NCBI GenBank assembly: GCA_964016885.1
Contig: OZ024760.1
Location: 6,820,001 to 6,884,000 of the forward strand
Origin: Eledone cirrhosa
Lineage: Eukaryota
Reading direction: 5' to 3'
DNA length: 64,000 nt
Made by a program: the position numbers and the translations under genes. Shown here in pieces: positions 41,040-54,300 of the stretch (its first letter is position 1; every line of letters starts with the position of its first letter). The notes beneath the pieces are model-generated. The model did not search any database. It had not been told where the DNA came from and worked only from the letters and a program-made list of their open reading frames with translations.

Positions 41040-41208
41040 TGAAAACAGCGATGAACTGGACTCCACCTGGCGACAAACGTTCCAAAAAGACTTGATGGCA
41101 GCCAACAACACTTGGCATGGATGCAAAAAAGCTGCCGCTAATCGTGACCGTTGGCAACTATTTACTGCTTGATGCGCTCAACGATGCGGAAGAACCTAAG
41201 ACTAAGAC
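41040..41208 (+). mobile_element. RTE LINE 3' end with (ctaaga)n tail
   Basis: KTAMNWTPPG..WRQTFQKDL...AANRDRWQ. Confidence 0.55.
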
Positions 41209-41655
41209 ACACATACTGTTATGTCCTGATGTACATGTGTGGATATATATCACCTTGATAACCTTGACCGACCAGTCTGTCGGGCGCTGCTGGTCACAGC
41301 ACGTCGTGCTGTTTTAGCCATAAGATAACGCCATCCCACTGGCTGGGCGGGCAAGCCGGCACCTCTTCATCTCATTTCTACAGCTGAGTAAACTGGAGCA
41401 ACGTGAAGTGAAATAAAGTGACTTGCTCAAGGAAACAACACATCACCCGGTTCGAGAATTGAACTCACAACCTTTTGATTGCAAGCCCAATGCTCTAACC
41501 ACTAAGCCATGTGCCTTCACGTGGATATATATATATATAGAGTAGTAAAAAACCGGGAGGTTATATCTAAAGTTGGTAGAGCACTCAGTCCAAAGTACTC
41601 AGTTCGGTATAGAGTTAGTTTGTTGTGGAACTAACTCTCCCCCTCTCTCTCTCTC

Positions 41656-42424
41656 TCTATATATATATATACATATATATAAAACTGTTGTTGTCTGTGT
41701 GTATGTGTGTGACCTAATTTTGGCAAAGTCTATACAAATCCACATTTCTACTCTGACTTTATATATTCCTTGCCTTCTAAAGATATTAACTGCAGCTTTT
41801 ATTTTTCAATTTTCTGTTGTTAAAGGCGTTTTTTTCACTAAAACTCTAAGCCCTTTCTGTCAGTTAATTTCAGAAATTTTGTCTACAATGGTCAAGAGAG
41901 ACAACTCTTTAGTATTTTGAAAGAGTTACCTCTCTTTATATACTATATTATCCCTACTTAAACGTACATCCTTTGAAATTGTTGATGGTGACCCCAATAG
42001 TAACTCCGAAGCGTTCGGCGTCCATTATAACAGTTCGGTCTATATCAGATTGGGTAGATTTTTGTAACCTTAAAAGTATCCAACTAAATTCCTTCATGCA
42101 CTCCACCACTGCAGTCCCACATGTTTACTGCTCTGTAACTATTGCTTTCGTTGTAGCATAGCACAACAAATACATGTTCGGTTTGTCGAATGCCTTTTTA
42201 CTTAACCCTATCGTCTTGGCTTTCGTGGGTTGAACATTTTACTCTCAGGCACCCAATTAAGTTAAACCCCTGGTAATCTACGACAAATTTTTTTTATAAG
42301 CACAAAATGTAGACACCATCCCCAGGCCGAGGTATTCCGTACTTCTCTGTACTGTTTCAGAAAGGAGAGATAAACATGCCAATCTATGTTTACAAGCCCG
42401 AGCAACGCCGGGCCATTCTGCTAG
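41656..42424 (+). mobile_element. Non-autonomous Helitron
   Basis: 3' hairpin gcccg-agcaacgc-cgggc (42396-42413), then CTAG (42421-42424) followed by T. 5' end approximate (TC...atataaaactgttgttgtctgtg). Confidence 0.6.
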
Positions 42425-43968
42425 TATATATATATATATATCATCAGCTGAAGGCACAAATAAATTGCTACGGCCGTCGCTAGTGGGGCCCCCCACTACA
42501 ATTGCCCCCTTTGTGTGTGTGTGTGTGTGTGTGTGTCGCCATTAAATCTGGCATTGTATATAAAATCATCCCATAAATAATGCGGGTTTTTTCCAAGTAA
42601 TATGCAATAAAAGTCAGAAACTAGCTATAAAAGCAGCTATTAAATTCATCGTCCTCATTCTTAGTATAAGCTTTAAAAAGTGCAGTTTATCTTAACCCTT
42701 TACCATTTAAACCGGTCGTATTCGGCCTGAATTTTTTTACTTCTTTCTGTTCAAACCAGCTGCTCATACTGATGTTAAAGTGTTGTTCTCAAAATAAATA
42801 ATATCAAACATGGACATGTGATGCGCTTGAGTAAAGAAGTGCCAAGAAATCCCGGTGGAAGAAAGATGCAGTAGAGGAAAACCACAAAAAAACATGGGCA
42901 AAGGTGTGAGAGCTGACCTCATAGAGGAGATGACGAAGGACCGTTATATAATAATAATAATGAAATTATTGTGTAAAGTGCTCAGGTGCACTACAACTCG
43001 TCAAAGGTGTATGCATAGTACATAGAATACACAAATGTCAGGGAAGTGAATAGTGTATGAGTCATGGTATACATGTGGGTATGTGTATGGAGAGGGAACA
43101 TTAGCTGTAGTGTTGGCGGAGAGATGCTGAAAAGGACCCGTCCCACCCTTGCAAGCAAGGAAAAGCAAACGTAAAATGATGATGATGATCAAAATATCAT
43201 AGATTCAATACTATGTGAGATAATTATGTGAGGTGAAACTTTTACTGTGAAAATATAATAGCAAATATAGAGTAATGTAAATGATAAAGGGTTAATTTTT
43301 TAAAATATAAGGAGTATGAAACACCAGCATTATTTAATCCCGCCGAGGTTAACTTTGCCTTTCATCCCTACGGGGTCGATAAAATAAAGTACCAGTAATG
43401 TACTGAGATAATTGCTGGCCTTGTGCCAAAAGTAGAAACATTTATGGGATGTCTCAATCATCATCATCATCACCAACGTTTAATATCTATTTTTCCATGC
43501 TTTTATGGGTTAGATGGATCGTCCATGTTGAGACAAGTCTGGCCAAGTTGGCTGTACCATACCTTGCTCAAACAGAACTGTATTTTGGCCGGGTTTACAG
43601 TAATATATATATATGTTTCATTGGATGTGCAATGTAAATGTGAGAAAAAGGCAGAGATTGGACGAGCTGAGGGAGAAACTGGGTTTAAGGGGAATCTGAG
43701 ATGATGTGCAAGAGAGAAGACTGTGTGGTATGGTCATGTGAAGCGCATGAAGAATGACCGATGGGTGAAGAAATGCCAGGAAATCCAAGTGGAAGGTTGC
43801 CAGAAGACGACCAAAAAAGACTTGGGCAGAGGTTGAGGGAACTGACCTCAAATTGCTAAGACTGACAGAGGAGATGACGAAGGAACGCGAAAGAGGAGAG
43901 ATGCTGTGCTGAGAAGGACCCAGCCAACCCATGAAAGCTTGGAATAGCAGACATAAAAAATGATGATG

Positions 43969-43999
<31 letters not shown>

Positions 44000-44425
44000 T
44001 TCAACATGTGTACATCAGGATATAATAATGTATTGAAACAATCTCTTCTTAGTAATATATATGTTCAAGACAATAACCTTGATTCATGAATATTGGTGTG
44101 GTGTCTGAAGAATTAGGGTCAACTTTTATATGGGAAAAAGTCAAATTTGGGGAGCAAAAAATAGGGAATAGGGAAGGAAGACTTTTATACTAGTATATAC
44201 AGTAATCGGGTGGAAAATTGGCAGAATGAAGGGCTCTGCCAAGTTTAAAAATACAGTATGTCAATATGGTGTCCCTGCAATTCCTTCAGAAGTTATGGAA
44301 CCATGCATACATACAGCAGTCAAGAATTTCCAAGGATTTATTTAATAACCCTTTAGCATTTACATTACTCTATATATACTATTGTATTTCTGTGGTAAAG
44401 GCTTTATCTTACATAATTATCTCAC

Positions 44426-44679
44426 TATGGGCATGTGGTTAGAATGTCTCAGGAAAGAAATGCAGGACAGATTTTACAGGCAAAACCAACCGGCAGGGGA
44501 CCCAGGGGTAGACGCCGAGCAAGATGATTGGATAATATCCTTGAGTTTGGCTGGTCTCACTTGGGAATCCAGCCGGATCAGCTGGAGACACTTGCTTCTG
44601 ACAGGACCCCGCTGGAGGTAGTGTGTGAGGACTCAACTCCCACAACCCTCTCAGGAATAATTGGGTGAAGAAGAAGAAG
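44426..44679 (+). mobile_element. RTE-type LINE 3' end with (GAA)n tail, inserted in a piggyBac MITE
   Basis: YGHVVRMSQER...GPRGRRRAR; 11-bp TSD aattatctcac at 44415-44425 and 44680-44690. Confidence 0.8.
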
Positions 44680-45999
44680 AATTATCTCACATATCAATCT
44701 TTGAGATTTTGATGTTATTTATTTTGAGAACAATACCTTAAATGTCAATATGAACAGCTGGTTACGGCCAGTTTGAAGAGAAAGAGGTGAGAGAATTCTG
44801 GCTGGATATGGCTGGTATAAATGCTAAAGGGTTAAACTAGTGTTTGGTACATAGCGTGTCACCAGTTCTTACATAAGATTATGATGAAAGGCTTTTAGCA
44901 GACAAATATACTTTAAAACATGCAGTTTTTGTATCGTTAGACCAAGCATGGTTCCATGAAGGTTTGCTATGCATTTACATTATTCTATATTTTATATGCA
45001 GCATTTACATTATTCTATATTTTATATGCAGCATTTACATTATTCTATATTTTATATGCAGCATTTACATTATTCTATATTTTATATGCAGCATTTACAT
45101 TATTCTATATTTACTATATTTTCATGGTAAAGGCTTCACCTCTCATAATATTGAATCGATGAGATTTTCATGTTATTAATTTTGAGAACAATGCCTTAAC
45201 GTCAGTATGAGCAGCTGGTTACAGCCAGTTTGGACAGAAAGAGAGATAATCCTGACTGGATATGGCCGGTTTAAATGCTTAAGGGTTAAATCTAACAGCA
45301 TCAAACTACCAGAGGACAGGACAGCAAAATAATTTTACGAAATAAGATAAAAACTAAGAGAAGATACAGGACTTTGTTCCACAATATGGATATATTAATA
45401 ATAAAATCTTTTACCTTGAATTCACATTACTGTTTCAATGAAACACCATCACCACTTTATGCATATCTTCCTTGATTACATCGGTTTGAAGGGTTGTCAC
45501 GCTCTGATGTCAGACAGACAAGTCTGTGTATATATCTGCCATGATTTCTACAGCTAAATGTCCTTCCTAATACCAACCACTTCATGGCAGTGTGCACATT
45601 GTGCTTTTTATGATCGTGGCACCACCACTACAACATAACAGGGTGGACAGGGTGCATTTAGTGTGGCATCAATACTACCTTACAGTGTACTGGGTGTCTT
45701 TTGTGGTGGCACCAACACCACCACTTTACAGAGTGTACTGGGTGTATTTTATCGTGGCACCAGTACTGCCAATTTACAGTGCACTGGGTACATTTTATCA
45801 TGGCACCAGCTCTACCACTTTACTGAATGTACTGTGTACATTGTATTGTCACACCAGCACTACGACCTTACAGAGTGTACTGGGTGTTTTATTATGGCAC
45901 CAGCACTACCACCTTATAGAGTGTGTTAAGTGCATTTATCACAGCACTGAAAAATAATCCAGAAAATTGAATAGAAAATAAGATGGTGAATAGAGAGGT

Positions 46000-47232
46000 G
46001 GTAGGGGGACAGTATTGTGATATTTAGTCAACTGTGACCACCATGGTGTTGGAATTGTCTGTGTGGTTAGGGAGTGAGAGGTGGTAGGGTGTAGGGACCT
46101 AACCAGGGGACGGTAATGTGATAGTCAACTGTGACCTCCATGGTGTTGGAATTGTCTGTGTGGTTAGGGAGTGAGAGGTGGTAGGGTGTAGGGACCTAAC
46201 CAGGGGACAGTAATGTGATAGTCAACTGTGACCACCATGGTGTTGGAATTGTCTGTGTGGTTAGGGAGTGAGAGGTGGTAGGGTGTAGGGACCTAACCAG
46301 GGGACAGTAATGTGATAGTCAACTGTGACCTCCATGGTGTTGGAATTGTCTGTGTGGTTAGGGAGTGAGAGGTGGTAGGGTGTAGGGACCTAACCAGGGG
46401 ACAGTAATGTGATAGTCAACTGTGACCACCATGGTGTTGGAATTGTCTGTGTGGTTAGGGAGTGAGAGGTGGTAGGGTGTAGGGACCTAACCAGGGGACA
46501 GTAATGTGATAGTCAACTGTGACCACCATGGTGTTGGAATTGTCTGTGTGGCTAGGGAGTGAGAGGTGGTAGGGTGTAGGGACCTAACCAGGGGACAGTA
46601 ATGTGATAGTCAACTGTGACCACCATGGTGTTGGAATTGTCTGTGTGGTTAGGGAGTGAGAGGTGGTAGGGTGTAGGGACCTAACCAGGGGACAGTAATG
46701 TGATAGTCAACTGCGACCTCCATGGTGTTGGAATTGTCTGTGTGGTTAGGGAGTGAGAGGTGGTAGGGTGTAGGGACCTAACCAGGGGACAGTAATGTGA
46801 TAGTCAACTGTGACCACCATGGTGTTGGAATTGTCTGTGTGGTTAGGGAGTGAGAGGTGGTAGGGTGTAGGGACCTAACCAGGGGACAGTAATGTGATAG
46901 TCAACTGCGACCTCCATGGTGTTGGAATTGTCTGTGTGGTTAGGGAGTGAGAGGTGGTAGGGTGTAGGGACCTAACTAGGGGACAGTAATGTGATAGTCA
47001 ACTGCGACCTCCATGGTGTTGGAATTGTCTGTGTGGTTAGGGAGTGAGAGGTGGTACGGTGTAGGGACCTAACCAGGGGACAGTAATGTGATAGTCAACT
47101 GTGACCTCCATGGTGTTGGAATTGTCTGTGTGGTTAGGGAGTGAGAGGTGGTAGGGTGTAGGGACCTAACCAGGGGACAGTAATGTGATAGTCAACTGCG
47201 ACCTCCATGGTGTTGGAATTGTCTGTGTGGTT
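46000..47232. repeat. 97-bp G-rich tandem repeat, about 12.5 copies
   Basis: gtcaactgtg recurs at 46124, 46221 and onward; copies are highly similar. Confidence 0.96.
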
Positions 47233-47594
47233 CGGGCATTGGATCAAATGTCTGTTCAGGATGGGGTGAAGTGGCAGAGTCATTAGAACATTAGACAGAA
47301 TGCCTTGTGGTATTTTCTCCGGCTCTCTGTACACTCCGAGACCAAATCCCACCAAGGTCAACTTTACCTATCATGTGGCTACAATAAGAAGTTAATGTCT
47401 AACCCTACTTTTGTATCCCTGTAATTAGTTATTGCTACAAAGTTACTCATACATTTAAACCTCTAAGTTATTTGAGCATTTATGTAATTAATTATATGTT
47501 AGAAATAAGTACCGGGCCAGTACTGATTTGGATTCTTCTTCTATATCTCTTTCTCACTTCCTCCCTGGAAAATATTTAGTGCTGTTCAGACAGA

Positions 47595-48310
47595 AATGAG
47601 ATACAACCTCGTAGGAAGCCAGTTAAATCTACGTAGGTGTGAGCTGTAACATCAGACTGGGATCCCTATCATTAAAACACCCTAGAAACCTCCCAAGACA
47701 TACAACCTGTTGTGAGCTGAAACAATATAATAGGACTGGGGTCCCTATCATTAAACCACCTAAGAAACCTCCCAAGACACACAACCTGGTGTGAGCTGAA
47801 ACAATATAAGACTGGGGTCCCTATCATTAAACCACATAAGAAACCTCCCAAGACATACAACCTGATAAGAGGTGAGCTAAACCTACATATAGGTGTGAAT
47901 TGTAACATCAGAATGGGGTCCCTATCATTAAAACACCCAAGACATACAACCTAACAGGAGGACAACTAAACCTATATAGGTGTGAACTGAAATAATATAA
48001 TAGGGCTGGGTTCCCTATCATTAAAACACCCAAGAAATCTCCCATGAGATACAACCTGGTACAGGGCCAGCTAAACCTACATATAGGTGTGAGCTGCAAC
48101 AACGTCAGACTGAGGTCCCTATCAATAAACCACCCAAGAAATCTCCCATGAGATACAACCTGGTACAGGGCCAGCTAAACCTACATATAGGTGTGAGCTG
48201 CAACAACATCAGACTGAGGTCCCTATCAATAAACCACCCAAGAAATCTCCCATGAGATACAACCTGGTACAAGGCCAGCTAAACGTACATATAGGTGTGA
48301 ACTGTAACAA
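47595..48310. repeat. Degenerate tandem array built on ggactggggtccctatcattaaa
   Basis: Same motif as the ~48-bp tandem array at 3310-3615 and the segment at 27630-27830. Confidence 0.75.
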
Positions 48311-50015
48311 CTACAATAAATAATATGGCTAGAAGTTCAAATAATTTTTATCTGTTGGTAAATCAATGATAAACATTGATTGCCAGCTGAATTAATTATA
48401 GAAATACAAAATATACTGAAGTAACAACCCAAACCTACCCAAAAAGTGGGTGTGTTTTATATATTTCTGGCAATATTATAACATGATCTTCCCAAAACAT
48501 AATATTAATTTGTTTTTCTTTTTATATTTATCTAAGGATCTATCAAGGAATCAGTTTACCTAATTATATAAGAAGGAGAAGGGAAGATTGGAAATATGTT
48601 TAAAATGGCAGCAGTAGTGTTTGTTATTAAGGTTGAGCTTTAACCCTTTAGCATTTACATTACTCTATATATACTATTGTCTTTTTGTGGTAAAGTCTTT
48701 ATCTCACATAAAACTGAACCTTCAAGATTTTGATGTTATTTATTTTGAGAACAATACCTTAACGTCAATATGAGCAGCCAGTTACGGCCAGTTTGAACAG
48801 AAAGAGGTGAGAGAATTCTGGTCGGATATGGCTGGTTTAAATGAAAAAGGGTTAAATTTTTATATATGTAATGGGATATGTTTTATGTAATGTATAGTTT
48901 TGTAGCAGCAGTAGATATAGTTTTTGTTATGGTAACAAAAACTAATTTTTTTTTTCATGCTACTGCCAGCTTGAAAAGCTATGAAATAAAAAGACTTCCT
49001 CTTCCATCACAAAATAAAAAAAAAGACCCCCTTCAGTCACGAATGACCATGGGATTGGCACCTCGAAAGTTCCCCTCGAAGGCAGAAGTCCAGGCAAAGT
49101 ATGATTGTGGAAGACTAGCAGTCACCCATGCTTACCAGTCTCCCCTCTCCACACCACGGACATTGTCCAAGGGAAAGTCAATGGTCGATGCAACTTGGCA
49201 CCAGTGACGCCGCAACTCATTTCTGCAGCTGAGTATACTGGAGCAACGTGAATAAAGAGTCTTGCTCAAGAACACAACGCAAAGCCCGGTCCGAGAATCG
49301 AACTCACAACCTCACGATTGTAAGCCCGATGCTCTAACCACTAAGATGTGTCTGTGTAATACCCCAAGATGTGTGTGTGTTATATATATATGTATACACA
49401 GAGATACAGTGTATCTGTTCTAAATTGGCCAGCATCCACAACTTCCCAAAAGATAAACACTTCTTTAATACCATATTGTGCAACATAAGCAGGCAAAGAA
49501 AAGGGAAGATAAAAGCTGGAGCCCAAAAGATAAAAAGCCATTGTATTAACCCTTTAGCATTTACATTACTCTATATATACTTTTGTATTTTCGTGGTAAA
49601 GGCTTTATCTCACATATCTCACAATATCGAATCTAGGAGATTTTGATATTTATTTCAAGAACAATAACTTAACATCAGCACAAGTAGCAAGTTACAGCCG
49701 GTTTGAACAGAAAGAGGTGAGAGAATTCTGGCCAGATACAGCCAGATTAAATGCTAAAGGGTTAAACTATGGAAATATTGAATAAAATTTATTTTAGACA
49801 AAAAGAGAGATAGCAGCTTAGTGGTGGGGGGTTTGCATTTGTGTTTGAAACATGAAATTAAAAATAATTTGGAAGAGTTATCTTGCTCAATTTTTATTCC
49901 AATTCGATACAATTAAGATTCAGTAATGATTTCATCTAATCAATCAATCAATCATGTATTGATCAGTCCAATCAGCTTTTAAGCCTTTAAAATCTAACTT
50001 TGTTAACAAGGATTG

Positions 50016-50064
<49 letters not shown>

Positions 50065-50173
50065 CATACATATACACACATAAATGAATATACATGTGTA
50101 TATATACACACATACATGTATATACACATATACACATACATACATATATATATATACACATATATACACGTAT

Positions 50174-50266
50174 ATACAAGGTGTCCCAAACGAATGTATA
50201 CAAACTTCAACAGCATTCTTAAAGTATGTATACATTTTTTTTTGGGGGGGGGGGGGGCACCCCGTA
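50174..50266. mobile_element. Short mariner-type MITE
   Basis: Imperfect TIRs tacaaggtgtcccaaa / ggggcaccccgta, with internal atgtatac/gtatacat symmetry. Confidence 0.5.
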
Positions 50267-50799
50267 CACATACATATATATATATATGTATATATAATCT
50301 TGGAAGAAAAGTGACAGATTTTGTACAGAAGATTTCAAAAGTATATAATATATAATATATATTAATAATAATAATAATGATAATAGTAATATTCATATTT
50401 GGAAATAACCTTCCAACAATTATTATTAATACATTTACAATAATATTATATATATAAGGGAAAAAATAAAATATACAATGTATTATAATGTATATATGTA
50501 TGTTTTAAAACAATATGCATGTGTGTATACAGAATAAATACAAATTCTTGCTCATGGGTGTTTATTTTCATAAAATTATTCTTCATAACTAGTTTCGAAT
50601 TTGAGAAAAAAAAACTAAATTTAAAAAAAAAAAAGCATAAAAAAAACTTTCTAACTTTTAACGTCCTGTACCACTAGAAACCACATTAGCAAGACATTCT
50701 TGAAAAAATATAAAACAGCATTACAACTGCATCACATTACAAATTGAAGTCTTTACTCTAATACTGCAAACTTTTGCAACAATCTGTTCACTAAAACTT

Positions 50800-51345
50800 C
50801 TAAAGTCTGTCTTAAGCGCGAAGGCTCATTCAAGCTGGTGCTTATCTCAGTCTCATGGCATTAAGCGACTGGGAGTTCAAGACTTCTCCCTGGACAGGAC
50901 ATCAGTATATCACAGGTTTAAAGTCCGTCTTAAGCCTGGAGGCTTATCCCGGTCTCATGGCATTAAACGACTGGGAGTACAAGACTTCTCCCTGGACAGA
51001 ATGGCAGTATATCACAGGTTTAAAGTCTGTCTTAAGCCTGGAGGCTTATCCCGGTCTCATGGCATTAAACGACTGGGAGTACAAGACTTCTCCCTGGACA
51101 GAATGGCAGTATATCACAGGTTTAAAGTCTGTCTTAAGCCTGGAGGCTTATCCCGGTCTCATGGCATTAAACGACTGGGAGTACAAGACTTCTCCCTGGA
51201 CAGAATGGCAGTATATCACAGGTTTAAAGTCTGTCTTAAGCCTGGAGGCTTATCCCGGTCTCATGGCATTAAGCGACTGGGAGTACAAGACTTCTCTCTG
51301 GACAGAATGGCAGTATATCACAGGTTTAAAGTCTGTCTCAACCCC
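50800..51345. repeat. 102-bp tandem repeat (about 5 copies) amplified from a SINE 3' segment
   Basis: Period 102 (50855, 50957, ...); continues into a minus-strand SINE body and head at 51345-51603. Confidence 0.9.
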
Positions 51346-54300
51346 GGAAGCTCATCAGGTCAGTGCATATCCTAGTTTTGTGGTGTGAAGTAACAAAATA
51401 CAAGACTCCTCACCTCCTGGACAGGACACCAATCCATCACATGATTAAACCCCAAGCTATTACTGGTACTCATTTTCAGCTGAGTATACTGGAGCAATGT
51501 GAAATAAAGTGTCTTGCTCAAGGAAACAACCCAGTACAGGAATTGAACCCACGATATTATGATCATAAGCCCAACACCCTTACCACTAGGCCAAGTGCCT
51601 CCACTAGTAAAGATATTATAAACATTTGAATTAACAAACCAATTTTTACATATTTTCTAAATCATTACAGGATGTTAAGATTTAAAGGAATTTAGTTTTT
51701 GTTTTTTTGCTTTTTATTTTAATTTAATTTTTATTTTATTTTATTTATTTTTTTCAAAATCTGAGCACAAAAGGTTTAATGTGCCACTCTCTATGGAAAT
51801 GCATACCAAGGCAAATAATGGCTGCTAGCAAGGACACAAAGGATTATTATATAAATGTATATATATTATATACATATATATATATATGTGTATATTATAT
51901 ATAATATAATATACATATATATAATTATATAATATAATATATAAGTATATATATCCAATAACAAAAAAAAAACCACTAAGTTTTATATAAGCCTGCTAAG
52001 TCACCTGACCAAATGTTTTAAATTACATATTTTCACCACAAGATACACAAAAACACCTCTGACACAAAGGTAATAGTAATAAAATTGTAATAATAATGGT
52101 GATAATAAACATCACTTCAATAGTGGAAGAATAATTTTGTTGCTGGAAAACTTTAGGAGAGAAAAAGAGAATGAAATAGAAAGCTGACAGATTCAGACTA
52201 AAAAATGTATATCTAAAATATTTGTTACTATTTTAAGCACAAGGCCAGCAATTTAAGAGGAGAGGAAGGGAGCAGGATGTTTGTCGATTAAAACCGAGTC
52301 CAGTACTTCATTGGTACTCTGTTTTATCAACCACCACCCAGGAGCAAGGATGAAATGCAAAGTTAACTGTGGCAGGATTTCAAATCAAAATACTGTTTTA
52401 CTAATGTAGGCAGAAGAGGCCAGCAATTTGGGGAGACGAATGGGGAAAGGCTGATTAAAACGACCTCGAACCCTTGCTCACAGAGGGATGTAAGGTAAAG
52501 TTGACCTCGGCAGGATTTTAACTCAGAACAGAAACAGCCAGAACAAATACTGCAAGGCATTTCTGAAAATAATAATAATGGTTTCTGCAAGGCCAACAAT
52601 TTTAGGGAAAGGAAAGTCGATTAAATCGACCCCAGCACATTACTGGTACTTCATTTTATTGACCTCTAAGGATAAAAGGCAAAGTTCACCTCGGCGGGAT
52701 TTGAACTAAGTACATGAAGAGCCACAACAGATACTGTTAAGCATTTCTGAAAAAAATAACGGCTTTTAATTTAGGCCTAAGGCCAGAATTTTAGTGGCGA
52801 GGGTTTAACCAATTAAAATTGAACCCAGTACTTGACTGGTACTTATATTTTATCAACCCCCAGGGAAGAATGAAAAGTGAAGTTGACCCTGGCAGGATTT
52901 GAACTCAAAATAATAAATTGATGGATTAACTGCATTTTTCTTTAACCCTTTAGCATTTACATTACGCTATATATACTATTGTATCTTCACAGTAAACACT
53001 TTATTTTACATAATATCAAATCTAAGAGATTTTGATATTTATTTTGAGAATACCTTAACATCAGTATGAGCGGCCGGTTACAGCCGGTTTGAACAGAAAA
53101 AGGTGAGAGAATTCTGGCAGGATACAGCCGGTTTAACTCTTTAGGATTTAAACCGGCTGTATCCAGCTAGAATTCTCTCACCCCTTTCTGTTCAAACTGG
53201 CCGCTCATACTGATGTTACGATGTCAAAATAAATATAAAAATCTCATAGATTCGATATTAGAGATAATTATGTGAGGTAAAGCCTTTACCATGAAAATAT
53301 AATAATAAATATAGAGTAATGTAACTGATAAAAGGTTAAATGCTAAAGGGTTAAATTACAAAAACTTTCAAAATTACATGGACTTTGAATGAAAAGGTTT
53401 TATCAGAATTAATCCATTTCACAATCTGTTTTAGTTTTGGGAGGAATTTGTTGTTTTTTTTTTGGAATTTCGACTAATTCAGCAAGCATTCAGAAACCAA
53501 CTTTATATTCCTTTTTTTTTTTTTATTTTAATTTTTAATTTTTCCAGAAGAAAAGAAATGGAAAAACTTTTATACAAGAAATCTTATAAAAATACTATGT
53601 CATGAAATATGTTTGTGTTTGGTGTTGGGTGGCTCGGAGCATGGGGAGAGGACCAAACCCCGCCAACATATCTTAGAAGTAGCAGGAAGGAAACAATACT
53701 ACTTGGCACTTCAGTGCTGATTAAATTGGGAAGTGGGGGAGGTGAGGGGGGGTAAAAAGGACCCTAAATTAGCATTAGAATTTAGGCTGCTTCAGTAGAA
53801 AGTGTATGTGTATATATATATATAATTGCTTCTACCTTTGGCACAAGGCCAGCAATTACCCCAGTGCATTACTGGTGCTTTATTTTAACGACCCCGCAAA
53901 GATGAAAGGCAAAACTAACCTCGGTGGGATTTGAACTCAGAACGTAAAGGGCCATAACTATGCTGCAAATCATGGTGTCTGACTTTCTACCGATACTGCC
54001 AACCCACCTGTGTGTGTGCATATATATATGTTGTATATATATATATACATGCACACCTACACATATACACATATATGCTACCAATATAGGTCATTGAGAA
54101 TTATACAGCAGTGTAAAAGATATAATTAGGAGCTGTAATATTTTGAATTATTTGTAGTGATAAATATTATATATACATACATACATACATACATATACAA
54201 ACATATATAAGTGTGTGTATGCATATATCTATAAACACACTTATACAAACATACATATACATGCACAAACATATATAAGTGTGTGTATGCATATATCTAT

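Noticed and set aside
46000-47232. Interstitial telomere (TTAGGG)
   Set aside because: Only one TTAGGG per 97-bp unit and never in tandem.
50855-51388. 177-aa ORF with a 34-aa repeat
   Set aside because: A 102-bp unit amplified from the antisense strand of a SINE; open in two frames, with no domain.
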